A stretch of DNA of 64,000 nt from positions 35,092,001 to 35,156,000 of the forward strand of contig CM060731.1 of assembly GCA_030704615.1 (NCBI GenBank), given 5' to 3'. Of the stretch, positions 47,777 through 60,477 are shown one piece after another. Both the position numbers and the translations under genes were made by a program. The number at the start of each line of letters is the position of its first letter. Within the stretch, counting starts at the first letter, position 1. A model generated the notes under the pieces. That model ran no database searches. It was given only the letters and a program-made list of their open reading frames with translations, and was not told the DNA's origin. Source of the stretch: Takakia lepidozioides (taxonomy: Eukaryota > Plantae > Bryophyta).

Positions 47777-50700
47777 TGTGAAAACACCTATTATATCCAG
47801 AGTCAATCACACACATAATCGTGTGAAACATAGAACTAGATTAAATAGATCTTACATCAAGAGAGAAAGTGTTCACAAGAGAGATCTGCACTCTCTGTGT
47901 CTCGGCTGAGTCTGGTGGTTCTACATCTACTCAACTGTTGAGCTATGTACTGTTCCACACTCCTTTGGTGACTTCAACCACCTAACCACTTCAGATGTAA
48001 GACTTGGATGTAACTGCATATCCTTAATCTATAATCTAGTACATCCTACACTATACACTAACAGAGATTTATAGATGTATTCCTTCACTCCTACTAATAC
48101 TCTGGCAGTGTATATGTAGTGTCTTCCATCTTGTCTGGATCTTGCTCTGGCTTCTTGTTCCACTTCAATCCAGCCCCTCTCGCACAAAAAAAATGTTTCT
48201 CCTTCGGAACGCTTTTCGTCAAGAAATCAGCAATACTCCAGTGTTACTTCCTTCGACTGGACCTTTTCTCGTATGTAATGATACTGGATGTCAATATGCT
48301 TACTAAAAGCATGAAACTTAGGATTTGCAGATAGCGCTATTGCACTTTGATTATCTGCATAAATTATAATAGCCTTCTTCTGAACAAATCCCAAGTCCAT
48401 CATCGGACTCCTGAGCCACACTGCCTCTGCTGCAGCCTTTGATAAAGCCATGTATTTGGATTCAGTACTTGACAAAGCGATGGACCTCTGCTTTTTGCTT
48501 AACCAACTTACTGCACCACCTGCTAGCTTGAAGCAAAAACCCGATGTTGAACGTCGAGTGTCTATGTCTCCAGCCCAATCCGCGTTTGAAAAACCTATTA
48601 GGGTTGTTCTTTTGTCCGACTTACAATACTGAATTCCAATGTGAAGAGTGTCTTTTATGTACCTCATCCACCTCTTTGCTTGCCTGCCAATGAGGCTCTT
48701 CGGGGTTCGATAGGAATTGAGCGAGACTACCAACTGCAAATGAGCAATCAAGTCGGGTGTTGACAACAACATGCATCAAACAACCGACTGTTTGTGAATA
48801 AGGCACTTCTTGCATCAAAGCTTTTCCATATTCAGTTTATGGGCGGTCTGACTTTGTTAGCTTCTCCCTTGTCTCCATTGGGGTGCTAATTGGCTTATAA
48901 TTGTCCATTTCGAATCTTGCAGCACTCCAAGCAAATACCTTTCTTGCAACAATCTGATCCATCATTCTCCCCTGTTTCTTGAAATCTACATCCCAAGGCA
49001 ATAGTGGATCTCCCCCATATCCATCATTTCGAATTCAGATTCGATGAGCTTCTTGATCTTTTGCAAGAAATTCACATCATTGCTAGCCAATATAGTATCA
49101 TCAACATATAATACCAGCATAAGGTAACTCGTGTTCTTCTGCTGCGCTTCGATCAAACCCTATTGTCATCAAATAGGTGTCAAATCTTTGGTACCATGCC
49201 CGTGATGATTGCTTGAGCCCGTAAAGTGATTTGTTCAGCTTACAAGCTAAACCAGATTTGCTCTCTTGTATGACTCCTTCTGGGAACTCCATATAAATGT
49301 CTTCTTCTATGAAGCCATTCAAGAAGGCAGTCTTAACATCAAGTTGTTGAACTTCAAAATCAAACTGAGCTGCAAGCGCAAGTATCACTCGTATAGATGC
49401 TAATTTGACTACTGGTGAAAATGTCTCTGTATAATCTAGTCCAGATATCTGTGAGTATCCTTTTGCTACCAATCTTGCTTTATAGCAATCCACACTCCCA
49501 TATGCCCGAAGTTTTAATTTGAACCAATTTACAACTATAGGTTTTCTATTTTCTGGTAGCTTCATGACTGTCCATGTTTTGTTTCTTCTTAAAGATTCCA
49601 GCTCATAATCTATAGCATTCTTCTATTGTTCTGCTTCGGAACAAGATAAAGCCTCCTTCAAGGTAACAGGTTCGTTTACATAAGCTTGTGTCAAAAGTGC
49701 TCTCCAGAGTTTCCTACAAGTCTTCTATATTCTCAATCAACCTATCAGGTGGTTTCTTGATTCTAGTATATCGTCTATTTCTTGGTGAGCTTGATGTCTC
49801 TCTCCTAGCCTGTCTTGAATCCCTCCCTACGGTGGGTGAGATATTTTCTCTCACTATATTCTTTATGACATCATAAGGCTGATTAACTGAACCTGTGCTC
49901 AGTGGTGATGGTAGTGCTCCCATTACTTGACTTGGCCTAGGAAACTGAGAGGGTATTTGAGAAGGTTGCACACTTGGACTTGTGTGAGTGTTTTGTGGTA
50001 CTATGTGAGTGCGAGGAAGTGGTAAATTATTAGTGTTTGCGTACTGCTTAAAGAAAGATCAATCTAATAGCATTGAATCTTTGTCTGCTTGTGTTCCTTC
50101 TTCTATAGCATCTCCCACTGTGCCATTACTATCCTCATGGAATATCACATCTCTAGAAATGATAATTGTCTTTTGTTTGGTCATTAATCTGTAACCCTTA
50201 GTCTGTTCACTATAGCCCAAAAATGTACACTCAACAGTGTGTGAGTCTAGTTTGCATCTATTATCTTTCTGTATTAGTGCAAATGCTCTACAGCCAAAAC
50301 TTTCAAGTGTGATACATCAGGTTTCACACCTGTCCATAACTCTATGGGTGTTTTGTTATTCTGTAGAGGTTGGTGACCTATTCTGTAGGTATGTGGCAGT
50401 CATAAGAGCTTCACCCCAATAGACATTTGGTAAGCTAGCATGGTGTAGCATGGAAAGTACTGCTTCCACTAAGGTCTTATTTTTCCTCTCAGACACCCCA
50501 TTCTGTTGTGGTGTTCATGCTACAATAAACTGCCTCTTTATGCCACTCTCTTGACAGAATAAATTAAACTCATTAGAAATGTATCTCACCACCCCCATCA
50601 GCCCTTAGAACCTTGATCTTCTTACTTAGCTGATTTTCAACCAGTAACTTATACTGTTTAGACCTCTCAAATGCCTCTGACTTTTATTTTAACAAATAAA

Positions 50701-52889
50701 CAACAGTAAACCTTGAAAGATCATCTATAAATGCGATGAAATACTTAAACCCGTTGTGTGTGAGAGTTTGCATCGGTCCACAAATGTCAGTATGTACGAG
50801 GCCTAACGGTTCAGTAGCTCTCGTGCCTCCCTCTACAGGGAATTTCTCTCGGTGCTGTTTTCCTGAGATGCAATCTCTACATAATGTTAATTTCCTAACA
50901 TCTACTGAATCCAGCCCTCTAACCATTGAGTTAGTTTGCATCTGATGCATTCTAGCTTGGTTCATATGACCTAGTCCACAGTGCCATAGGTCTGCCTTGT
51001 TAGTCTCTAAGACAGTTGGCATTGCCATGACTTGTGAGTTCTGTAATGCAATTCCTAGCTTATAAAGTCCGTTTTCTATCTCATATTTTGCTGTGAGATT
51101 TCCTTTGGAATTCTTCAGGTTACAGCAACATTCTTTTATGTTCATCTCTCCCCCAGCTAGGTCTAATTGCTTAACAGAAAATAAATTCTTCTTGAGACCT
51201 GGCACATGGAGCACGTCAGGTACCTCCCTTCGCTGTCCATTGCACAACAACACAATGGCTGACCCTTGGCCTGCTATTTCATGTGTTGAGTCATCCCCTA
51301 AATAGACAACCTGTCCCTGTCTCCACTCTTTGTATGTCGCAAAAGTGTGTATGTCATACGTCATGTGTTCTGTGGCTCTTGTGTTCACATACCAAGTTGA
51401 ATCTTTCCCTTTACTTATGATCATCGCTGCTACATAGAGCTGATTGCCTTTGACTGCAACATGTCCTTGTGTTGCTTGTTTGTTTGCTGCTTCAGCTGCA
51501 ATCCTCTTCCTACAGTCCTTAATCATATGTCCAAACTTCTTATAGAAAAAGCACTTGATTTGCTTCTTCTTTCCTCTATTTGTGTTTGATCCTTCGCCAT
51601 CCTCCTTCTTGACACTATTTTTGTCCTCATTTTGCTTCTTCCTATTAAAACTATTATATGTACTAGACTTTTGTCTAGAATATAATGCAGTTTTTGAATC
51701 TGTAGCAGGTCCAAGACTCATTATTAAAGTTTCCTCCTGTATTAAGTCTGTAATTAAAGACTACAGACTTATATTCGGCTGTCTCCTAAAAGAGCCTATA
51801 AATGTCCGATAACTCATCGGCATACTCCTCATTAGGGATAAGATAGCATCCTCGTCTGACACAGGGGAACCAGCAGCGGAAAACTGTTCTAACAAAGATC
51901 TGAAGACATGTATATGCTTAGTGACATTTTCGTTCTCTTTCATTTTTAAAGTTTGAATTTTGTCTCTAAGGTACATTTTGGTTACTGCATCATTTGATTC
52001 ATATAACCTTGTCAACTCTCGGTATGCTTCAAAAGCTGATGTACACGACTGTACATGTGACACTACACTATTGTCCAAGCAGTTATTAATTATGGTGAGT
52101 GAGAGGGCATCTCTCTCTTCCCAGTTCATTATACTCCCAACACCTGTGGCTGGAAGCGCTTACTGCCCAGCAATAATCTGTGCTGCCGTGGGAGCCACTG
52201 GTTTTAACTCTGTCCCTACAACTAGAGCACATAGTTTTTCTGCTTTTAACAGTAGTGTTACTCTATGCTTCCACACATGGAAGTATGTGCCGTCAAACTT
52301 AAGAATATTGCTCACATCTACTCTTTGAGCCATTCCAGTCTCTCCATCAATTATCACTTTCCAAGAAAGCATGAACATCACAGAATTCAAGCCATGTTAA
52401 AACTTGTGTTCTTCTATAAGAATCAAAATTCTTCCACGCTGATGCATCGTGGAGAATTGTTAGTTCTCTCCTCCAAATTCTGTCGACACATTTTAATTTC
52501 ACTGTGTGTCTCGAAATTATTAGTTCGTTCTCATCAGTGACACTCTCTCTCCCGAGCCACAACCATGGCTCTGATACCATGTGAAAACACCTATTCTATT
52601 CAGAGTCAATCACACACATAATCGTGTAAAACATAAAACTAGATTAAATAGACCTTACATCAAGAGAGAAAGTGTTCACAAGAGAGATCTGCACTCTCTG
52701 TGTCTCGGCTGAGTCTAGTGGTTCTACATCTACTCAACTGTTGAGCTCTGTACCGTTCCACACTCCTTGGTGACTTTAACCACCTAACCACTTTAGATGT
52801 AAGACTTGGATGTAACTGCACATCCTTAATCTATAATCTAGTACATCCTACACTATACACTGACAGAGAATTATAGATGTATTCCTTCA
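47777..52889 (-). mobile_element. Full-length degenerate Ty1/Copia LTR retrotransposon (LTRs 47777-48087 and 52580-52889)
   Basis: TG...CA LTRs, PBS 52568-52579, PPT at 48088, flanks caact/cagct (5-bp TSD with one mismatch); gag, knuckle, PR, INT (VHTDICGP), RT (KARLVAKGY, LYGLKQ) and RH (ADWAGD, SKHIDI) in Copia order. Confidence 0.96.
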
Positions 52890-52911
52890 CAGCTCGACAG
52901 TGAAGGGGGCA

Positions 52912-54290
52912 TGTAGCTGAGATATCTGCCTAGCAACACATGGTATCTAGACATTGCAACAAAAAGTTATTCCTCTTCTTTTTGCTACACTTAGAACACA
53001 ACACACGAGTTGGTGGGTGGGGAGAAAAACTTGGGAGTATGGGGGATGTGAATGAAGCTGTGACGCAGCTAGTTCTGACCAAATGGTTTTCTGTTCTAAG
53101 AGAGTTGGGAGTGCATTCCTTGATTGTGTGAAGTAGGATTCGTTTGAGGTAACATGTTGCATGACCAGCAAATGTCCAATAGAATTGATACAAATCATTG
53201 ATGTGGTGTAGTTTCTGTAAGTGTTGGCTAATTTGCATCAGTCATGACCACCAACAAAGCGACTTTGCGTGATTGATTGCGGGAGCAAACTGATGAGTAG
53301 TTAGAGTTTCGGAGACAACACATAGTCCAGTCCAGAGGGTTTACGTGGGAATGCCGAGTCAAAAGAATTCACTGTTTTAGCATGCTGAAATATGGAATGT
53401 CACAAATACTTTAGGGTTTGGCACGACAGGTCATGTCATTAAGTTCTGGGCTACTGGATTTTCGCTGAATACCAATTTTGCTGGTAGAAGAGAAGGGTGA
53501 AGTACTATTTGCTGCAAAGCCTGTCACACTTTTTGTTGTAAAGATAGAAGAGAACATGGGTGGGTCGATGGGAGAGCTACATCCATATTTTGGGATAAAG
53601 GGTGGCATATTTCAGCAAGCCAGAGAAAATACGAGATGACCTGAGTCATACGCTGCTAAGGAGTGTTGGAAGATTGTGCTAAGGAGTCAAGCGAGTATCA
53701 GTCCCATGTCCCATGTGTTAATCTTGAGATATATCAGGGCCAGTCACTTTTGTTACGATTTCCAACAGTAAAAGATGCCAGTTCAGACATTTGTGGGCTT
53801 AGTGAGAGTGCCATGTGAGGCAAGGCAATCCAAAGAGGTTCTACAGACTGAAAACCAAAGAGGCATTTCAGTTGATTCAGATACCTGCATTTTTCTCAAT
53901 ATTTCAGTACATTAAAATTTCAGTATTTCAGTATGTCAGCCCAGTTCCTCAGCAAGTATTTCAGCTAGTATTTCAGTATATGAGCCGAGTTCCTCAGCAA
54001 GTATTTCGGCTAGTATTTCAGAATGTTAACCCAGTTCCTCAGCACGTATTTCAGCTAGTATTTCAGTATATCAAGCAAGTATTTCAGTGTTTTTCAGCCA
54101 GAGTTTCAACAAGTATTTCACTATTTCAGCTTTTTCTTTGACAAGTATTTCAATATCTCAGTCAGCTTCAACAAACATCTCAATATTTCAGTAATTCAGT
54201 AAATTGAAAGATCAGTTTATAGTATCACACATTAATATTTAATTTTTACTTTATGATAGAAGTTCATGTAAGTCATTGTTGTATTTTGAA
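52912..54290 (+). mobile_element. Possible LTR of an older Gypsy element into whose 3' end the Copia inserted
   Basis: aaggggg purine tract followed by TGT at 52912; no partner LTR in window. Confidence 0.3.
53895..54200. repeat. GTATTTCAG-based minisatellite, including three 45-bp units at 53940, 53985, 54030
   Basis: cccagttcctcagcaagtatttcagctagtatttcag repeated. Confidence 0.9.
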
Positions 54291-54364
54291 AAAAACAAAA
54301 GATCAAAAGTAAAATTTATGGGAGGATGTGAATGATTGACCTATTCTCATCCTAATAATACGGA

Positions 54365-54670
54365 CAGGTCTCCCTGATTAGCCCAGAAGCAATGGCTAGC
54401 TTCTCACTATGATGGCATAGATAAATTTCATCTTGCTCCTCCTCCACATCATGTAATACAAACTGTGTGTCAGGGAAATACCCAGCCTCCTTCATCTGCT
54501 CAGACAATCTTCTCAGTTCAGCATGGATTTCCTCAATTTGTGGATTCAATATGTCATCTACAACAAACGTGTGCATCTGGTTGTCCAACTCAATGCAGCT
54601 TTGCCCTGGCTCCTTGTTGACACCTCTCTCCTCCATCAATTCTCTCACCTTTGTTCTATCGTTCCACCTC
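54365..54670 (-). pseudogene. PPR E2/E+/DYW N-terminal fragment
   Basis: [40 protein letters not shown]. Confidence 0.9.
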
Positions 54671-54812
54671 TCCTGACAGAGGCGTTCTGGGCTTATCACT
54701 TGGCCTGTACATGCAAATCCCGCCAAGGCATGTATATTAGCAGCTCCTTATTGCCTGTCTTGAGGAATGCAAATGTAGGCTTTCGATAATCCTCGGCCAT
54801 CATGATAGAATC

Positions 54813-55260
54813 TTGCGGCCTAATTACTTATCTGCACCTTTATCTCCCCCTCTTTCGAAGGCATGGGGGAAAGTCAGGGCGGGCTCCCACAATTTACGGA
54901 TAGAGACTGGTAGATGGGAAAAAAAATTGCAATGGGAAGACCGCCTATGCCCAGCTTGCACTTGGCCCAATTGTTGCATCGAAACTGAAGAGCACTTCTC
55001 CTTCTGCTGCCCTCTTTACTATGAGATCCGTGGCAGATTACACTCTTTCCATGACACCCAATGTCTCACTCAAAGTCTTCCATTACGAGGATTAGAAATG
55101 CTTGGCACTTTTCTGCATGAAGCTTTGACCCTTAGACGTACAATCCCTTGAGCTGTAGTTGCTTTTGCTTCTGGCTTTGCTCTTTGTCTTTTATTCTTTG
55201 TTTTTTCCTGCTTTCCTTTTGTCCCATAAGCTCTTTGAGCTTTCTGCGGGGGTTATAAAG
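54813..55260 (+). mobile_element. 3' end of a second RTEX-like LINE family
   Basis: RAGSHNLRIETGRW..RLCPAC..ETEEHFSFCCPLY. Confidence 0.75.
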
Positions 55261-55676
55261 TTCCATTGCATTTCTCTGTTCCTTTCGTAAGCTCAGGTGT
55301 CATTGGCTACGCAACCGGCGCTGTAGGGTTGCATTCTGAGTTTCCATAACCTGGTGTGCTTGAATGCCAAACTGGCTCCGCAAGTTCACTCCAAAACCAC
55401 ATCTTTATGCAGAGAAATCAGCACAAAAACCACATCTCAATGCAATGAGCATGGCCAATATTATTTGTTAGCAGGTATAAGCACGGGGATTAATTGTTGA
55501 GCTGCAGAGGATGAATCTTATTGTTCAGGGGAAAAGTTTAAGCAGTGGCATTGTTGTTGTTTGGTGATATGGAAGCCAAATTCTACGAGTGCGGATTCTA
55601 TGGTGCCCAAGACACTTTGTTTGATTATTCAGGCCACCACTGCTTCAAACACAGATGTCCGTTCCCTGAAATTTAC

Positions 55677-55830
55677 TTCAATTGTAACAGGGCGGTCAAG
55701 CTCATGTGTAGGAGCTGGGCTGTAATCCATGGGCAGGTCTTCACCTCTTGGAGGAACCAGTCTTGGGTCCCAAGTCACAAAATAGAGATCACCATCTAAA
55801 TCACTGCCACTACACTCACTAGGATGTGGC
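55677..55830 (-). pseudogene. RDR: Isolated catalytic exon of an RNA-dependent RNA polymerase (RDR1/2-type)
   Basis: PHPSECSGSDLDGDLYFVTWDPRLVP..PMDYSP..LDRPVTIE, bounded by ttttgcAG and GTaaat. Confidence 0.9.
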
Positions 55831-57366
55831 CTGCAAAATACCCGCAATCTATTGCGAGTTCTATTGACTTCATTTTTGGCAACGGACAGTCTGTGTATGA
55901 AGTAAATCATCTCACCTGCAATCCTTAGCATAAATCCAGTAGCATTTCAGAATAGTTTTTTGATGCATGTGTACAATCTCTTGGGTAACCCTAGTATCAT
56001 CCGGCTAGAAAAGAGAGGAAATGGGTGTACTTGCAGAGTTGATCACTCATCAAAATCTTCCTCCAGGTGAAATCACCTATCCCCTTGTCAGAGTTTGCTC
56101 TCAATTTATGAGAGGTTGAACATTCCCTTTCCCATGTGCTCTCAAGGGAGGTAAGAGAGATATGTAGCAAACAGAGAAGCTAGAGAGCTGAAAGGAAATC
56201 AGCCCCTTTACTTTCTTGTAAAGTACTGTGGGTATGATCAAACGAGCCTCACTGGTCCAAATGGATGGTGCAACGTACACAACGACCCAAATTACCTTAG
56301 GGGCTGCGGGTGCAGCTTTCTCTAACCTAAGCAGCTCAAAATTGAAGGGACGCCTAGTCAAAGGCAACTGGTTAAGAGTGCAAATTCGTCTAAGTAGTTG
56401 TCAGTATTTACAATCTTCTAGACGGTGACCAAGGACATAAGCTGCTCAATACTTCTCAACACCCCTATGGACCATCTGTGAATGAAACCTCAATTTCCTG
56501 GTGTGGAATTACGTAAAAGTACAATGTACATACACATAGACCATTGAAATGCGGTTGAGTAGATGGTTTTGCACTGGATGTGCGTTGAATGTGTTTCAGG
56601 ACTTCCTTCTATGCTCAATACAATTGCACAGGACCAGGGGCTAACAGATTGGAACATGTGTTGTGGTCCAACGAACTCAGTGACAAGGAGGCTCAACAAT
56701 TTCTACAACTCTATTTCATTGATGGCAGCACTTGGGTCCAACAAACTTCACTTTCTGTGGGTTCTCCCTGTGCAGCTTCATGTAGTTAGTACTTGCTGTC
56801 CAAGAGGCTGCTCCCATACATGCACTGAGAAAAAAGGTTCCACTGCGTGTAAGCCACCAGGTTGGTGTCTTTCATTGCCAATTGGACGCCATTTAGCACC
56901 CTTAAGAGATAAACATCTATACAAGTTGCACCCAAGCGCCAAATTAGTCCTAGACTGATCCCACTGGAGGACACAAACAACATTACAAGAGGCTTCTACC
57001 TGACAGGCATTGCAGGGGTTGATGCCATCGGTTTCAGGAAAAATAAGCAGAAACCGAACAATCAAAGTGTGACGCAACCTTACAAAACACTTGCATCACA
57101 GCGTCAGCTCTTTCTTCTCTTTGCATGCGAACTTCACTTAGTATCCAGAGTAAAATCCATCTACACCGCCATCTTTGAAATTCTCTCTCTGATCTCTCTC
57201 TCTCTCATCACATATGACATGAAAAATATATCAAGTCTTACTATGCAGATCAAGCATGCGGACATATATATTTGAGGAACCGTACTTATTGAACATTGAA
57301 AATGTTGTGAGCATCGTCTCGGTACAACATATCAAAGTTGATGCAGGTGCTGCATCTGATCAGGCT

Positions 57367-58943
57367 CTAAATTATCTCTTGTAGTTCGTGATGGACATTG
57401 GTGATGGCCCTGAGCTCTGGGAAAACTGAGTCAGGACTTTGCCAGTGGATACCGCAAGACATACTCCTTCACACCTTCCACGTAGCGGCGCACAGCATGG
57501 GCCCAAGGCTCCGCGCCCACCGACGCTGCCAACTGCGTCTCCAGCTCCAGGACGACGCGAGTGTAGGAGTTCACCAAGTCCACGGCTCTCCACGCAGCTT
57601 GGGGTAGCGGTGTGCCTTCAGATTCCATCAACACCCTGATTAGATTGGGCGGATCGCCTTCCTGCACCTCCTTGTGGTAAGAGAAAATATCATTGGCTAA
57701 AGAAACCTGAAGGGCGGCCGCGTCGGTCAGCTGTTGGATGAAGGGGTGCGCGCGCACCTCGTCTGGAAGAAAGGCATTGTTGGCAAGCTCCACGAGATTC
57801 ATATACAACAAGCTTCCACCGTTCCAGGCGCGCATTTGGGTGTAAGACTCTAAGTCTTGCAAATATGAGCGGTCGCCTCCAATGTCAGCATGGCTGGCAA
57901 CGCTCGCCCTGTAGTACCCGATGACAGCGTCTGCAAAAGTGTTGAAAGAGTGAATTCCGTAGTGAAGCAGATCTTGCGGAATTACGTGTCGGCAGACCAA
58001 TCAGACTGGGTGGAACACTTAGACGCGGTAGAGTTCTGTTATGATAACACAGAACACTCCGCAACGGGAGTTTCCCCTTTTGTATTGGTCTATGGAAAAG
58101 CACCTCTGGTGCCGACAAGTTGGGCCGCCCAGGACGTTGAGGAACCGGCAGTAGCGGCGGTACTAGAAGAACGCGAGCGTTTGTTGAAGCTCGCAAAGTA
58201 CAACATTGCCAAAGCTAGGAAACGGTATGAAAGGCAGGCGAATCGGAAGCAGAGGGAAGTGAAGTTTGAGGCAGGCACGGAGGTCTGGTAATACATCAAG
58301 AATTTCCGACTACCTCCGGAAGTGAGTCCGAAGTTCGTACCTCCATACCTGAAGAGAAGGTTCAAGCTGTTGAGGAACTCTCCGATTTGCGAGGGCTCTC
58401 ACGGATGCTGCGATCGATGCCATACTCCTCGAGGAGCAAGTCGTTTGGAGAATCAAACAAAAGATCATCCAGAATCCATAAGAGGGCGTATACAATAGAT
58501 ACAGCTACTAAACGATCAGAACTGACGGCTCCACTGTACGCAAAGCTGGCCGACGAGATGCCCAGGCGACAGTAGGATTCAAACGAGTTGATCTGCCAGT
58601 GCTCCAAAATTTCCATCAGGCGCTCCTCGGCGTCAACTACAAGCATGCTCTGCTGTCGAGGTGGCAGGCCTCCGATGACCATGGAAGAGACGAGAGGTGG
58701 AAGCTCGATCTCACCGTTCGTGGGATTCTTAATGGGTAGATTTCCAGGATGTTGTTCTATCCTGCTAGCCGTGCATCACACAAGAAGGGAAGACGGGTAT
58801 TTGACAAGAGAAGAGAAGCAAGGGCACTTCTGAAAGGCATGAGTAGTAGGGAGGGTCCAGCGAGGGAGGAAGAATATAGGGAGACCTCTTTGGCAATGGA
58901 TTGATAGGCCATTATGGAGCGGGCTGTGGAGCTGGGTAGCCGT
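57367..58943 (-). pseudogene. MTPSL: MTPSL paralogue, pseudogenised
   Basis: DDLLFD and NDIFSYHKE retained; start codon is ACG, 90 bp replaced by Gypsy DNA, small frameshifts, 21-bp deletion removing the RY motif. Confidence 0.92.
57947..58347 (+). mobile_element. 401-bp internal Ty3/Gypsy integrase fragment
   Basis: ERVNSVVKQILRNYV..DWVEHL..EFCYDNTEHSATGVSPFVLVYG..FEAGTEVW. Confidence 0.9.
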
Positions 58944-60477
58944 TCTGCAGTCCTCCGGCCGGCATTGCTACTAGAGCGAAGCACTCGAATCGAATGCGTA
59001 GGGCAGCAGAGCGATGAAGAGGAAGGCTATGACAGAAATCACAGTAACTTAACTTATATACGCAACGCTGCAAACTCTCCCTCCGCGAGTTCAACTGCAC
59101 TCTCGTGATCTCGGCTGCTGCGCCTTTCTGTCTATCAATCTAATGCGTCTTATGTCGCACGTGTCGAACGTGTGAGACCCGTTAGGGAATAGCAAAAAGG
59201 ACAAGCATGCACATTGCAGGGGGCCCGGACCCCAGGAGAGATTCCCATGCCCTGGGCGTAGATTCTTAGAATATGCGTTATCCTGGGGTAAAGATTCCGT
59301 CTTCGGCCTGGGGATCTTACTAGCCTAGGATAGGCTCCAAAAACATTCTTTACCTAGGCCAGGGCCTAGGGCCCAGGCCTACTTTCTCGAATATACGGTT
59401 TATATATCAAATAACTTACATTATTGTAACGGGCAGCTGCCCGCATGTGGGCGGTCAGGATCTTGGCACGTGGTCAGATGCGATTTCGTCTCTCTCCCCC
59501 GTCGAAGAGCGGAGCTCTCCAAACTCCCTGTATTCGTGCGAGCAAGCTTGCATTTCGAATCCCTGTGCTGCAGAATGGCAACCAAACGCTCAGTGGATCA
59601 CTCGATGCCATTTTAGAGGTTGTATGAGGTTGGTCTTCTTAACCACTTTGAATTGTTCAAGTTAATGGGTTGGTAGAGTATGGCTTTGAATGAAACGTAC
59701 GTTACTTGGCCGGAACATAAATATGTTGGACAGGTCAGTGCCTTGATGAAGAGTAATGTGTCGAAAGAGTCTCATGTAGTTAATATGATATAATATGACA
59801 GTGTATTTACAATAGCTAAACCTCTGCTTGCTCAAGATCCTGGATGTGCAAAGCCACCTTGCATGACTGGGAGTTGGCGGCTTGCTGTGAACCAGGTGTC
59901 TGGAGGTGAACCACTTTTGAAAGGATTGGCTCAAGTCGAAGCAGAGGATTGACCATGTTGCCAAGCAAAGCAACAAGGTTGTCCAGGTCCATGTGACTCT
60001 CCTTCTCTCTCTACTTTTTCCGTTCAAACTGGGCACGGTTCAGTGGCCACAACGCTAAGGCAAACATTTGAAGTCTTATGAGTACATTATCTCTCTGTCC
60101 CTCGTACCAACTGTGACAATCTCGAGCGTAGTAGTGTTGTATGTGATCTACCATGGACTGGGAATGCTTTTGAACTTAGTGGGGAGTGGTGGCAGCTTGT
60201 CAGTACCACACTTGATAGTCTGAAACTTCGTGATTGACAACACGATGTCAAAAACTGCACCCTTGATCTTGTGCTGGTCTAGGCTTTAAAATTTCTGTGT
60301 TTTGTTTTATAAATGTCTGGTGGTGGGTGTAAAGTGTAAACCTCAAACCAGGGAGGGTGTCTACTTGTGCAAGGGCACATCATAGCCAATGTTGGCGGGG
60401 AACAGTTAATGAGTACATCATGTCTTTTTGTAGGCTGCTACAATTGTAGACTCTCAATTGCTTTCCATTTTCTTAGG

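Noticed and set aside
53815-54141. 108-aa Q/V/F-rich ORF
   Set aside because: Translation of the 45-bp minisatellite
56600-56890. UDP-glycosyltransferase fragment (HFLWVLP) implying a terpene biosynthetic cluster
   Set aside because: No recognisable PSPG box and no intact tailoring enzyme in the window; IDH is housekeeping
58941-58943. ACG start codon of MTPSL copy 2 restored by C-to-U editing from neighbouring DYW proteins
   Set aside because: Such editing is organellar, and this copy has several other disabling lesions
59200-59400. GC-rich palindromic patch as structured RNA or MITE
   Set aside because: No clear termini, TSD or RNA family motif visible
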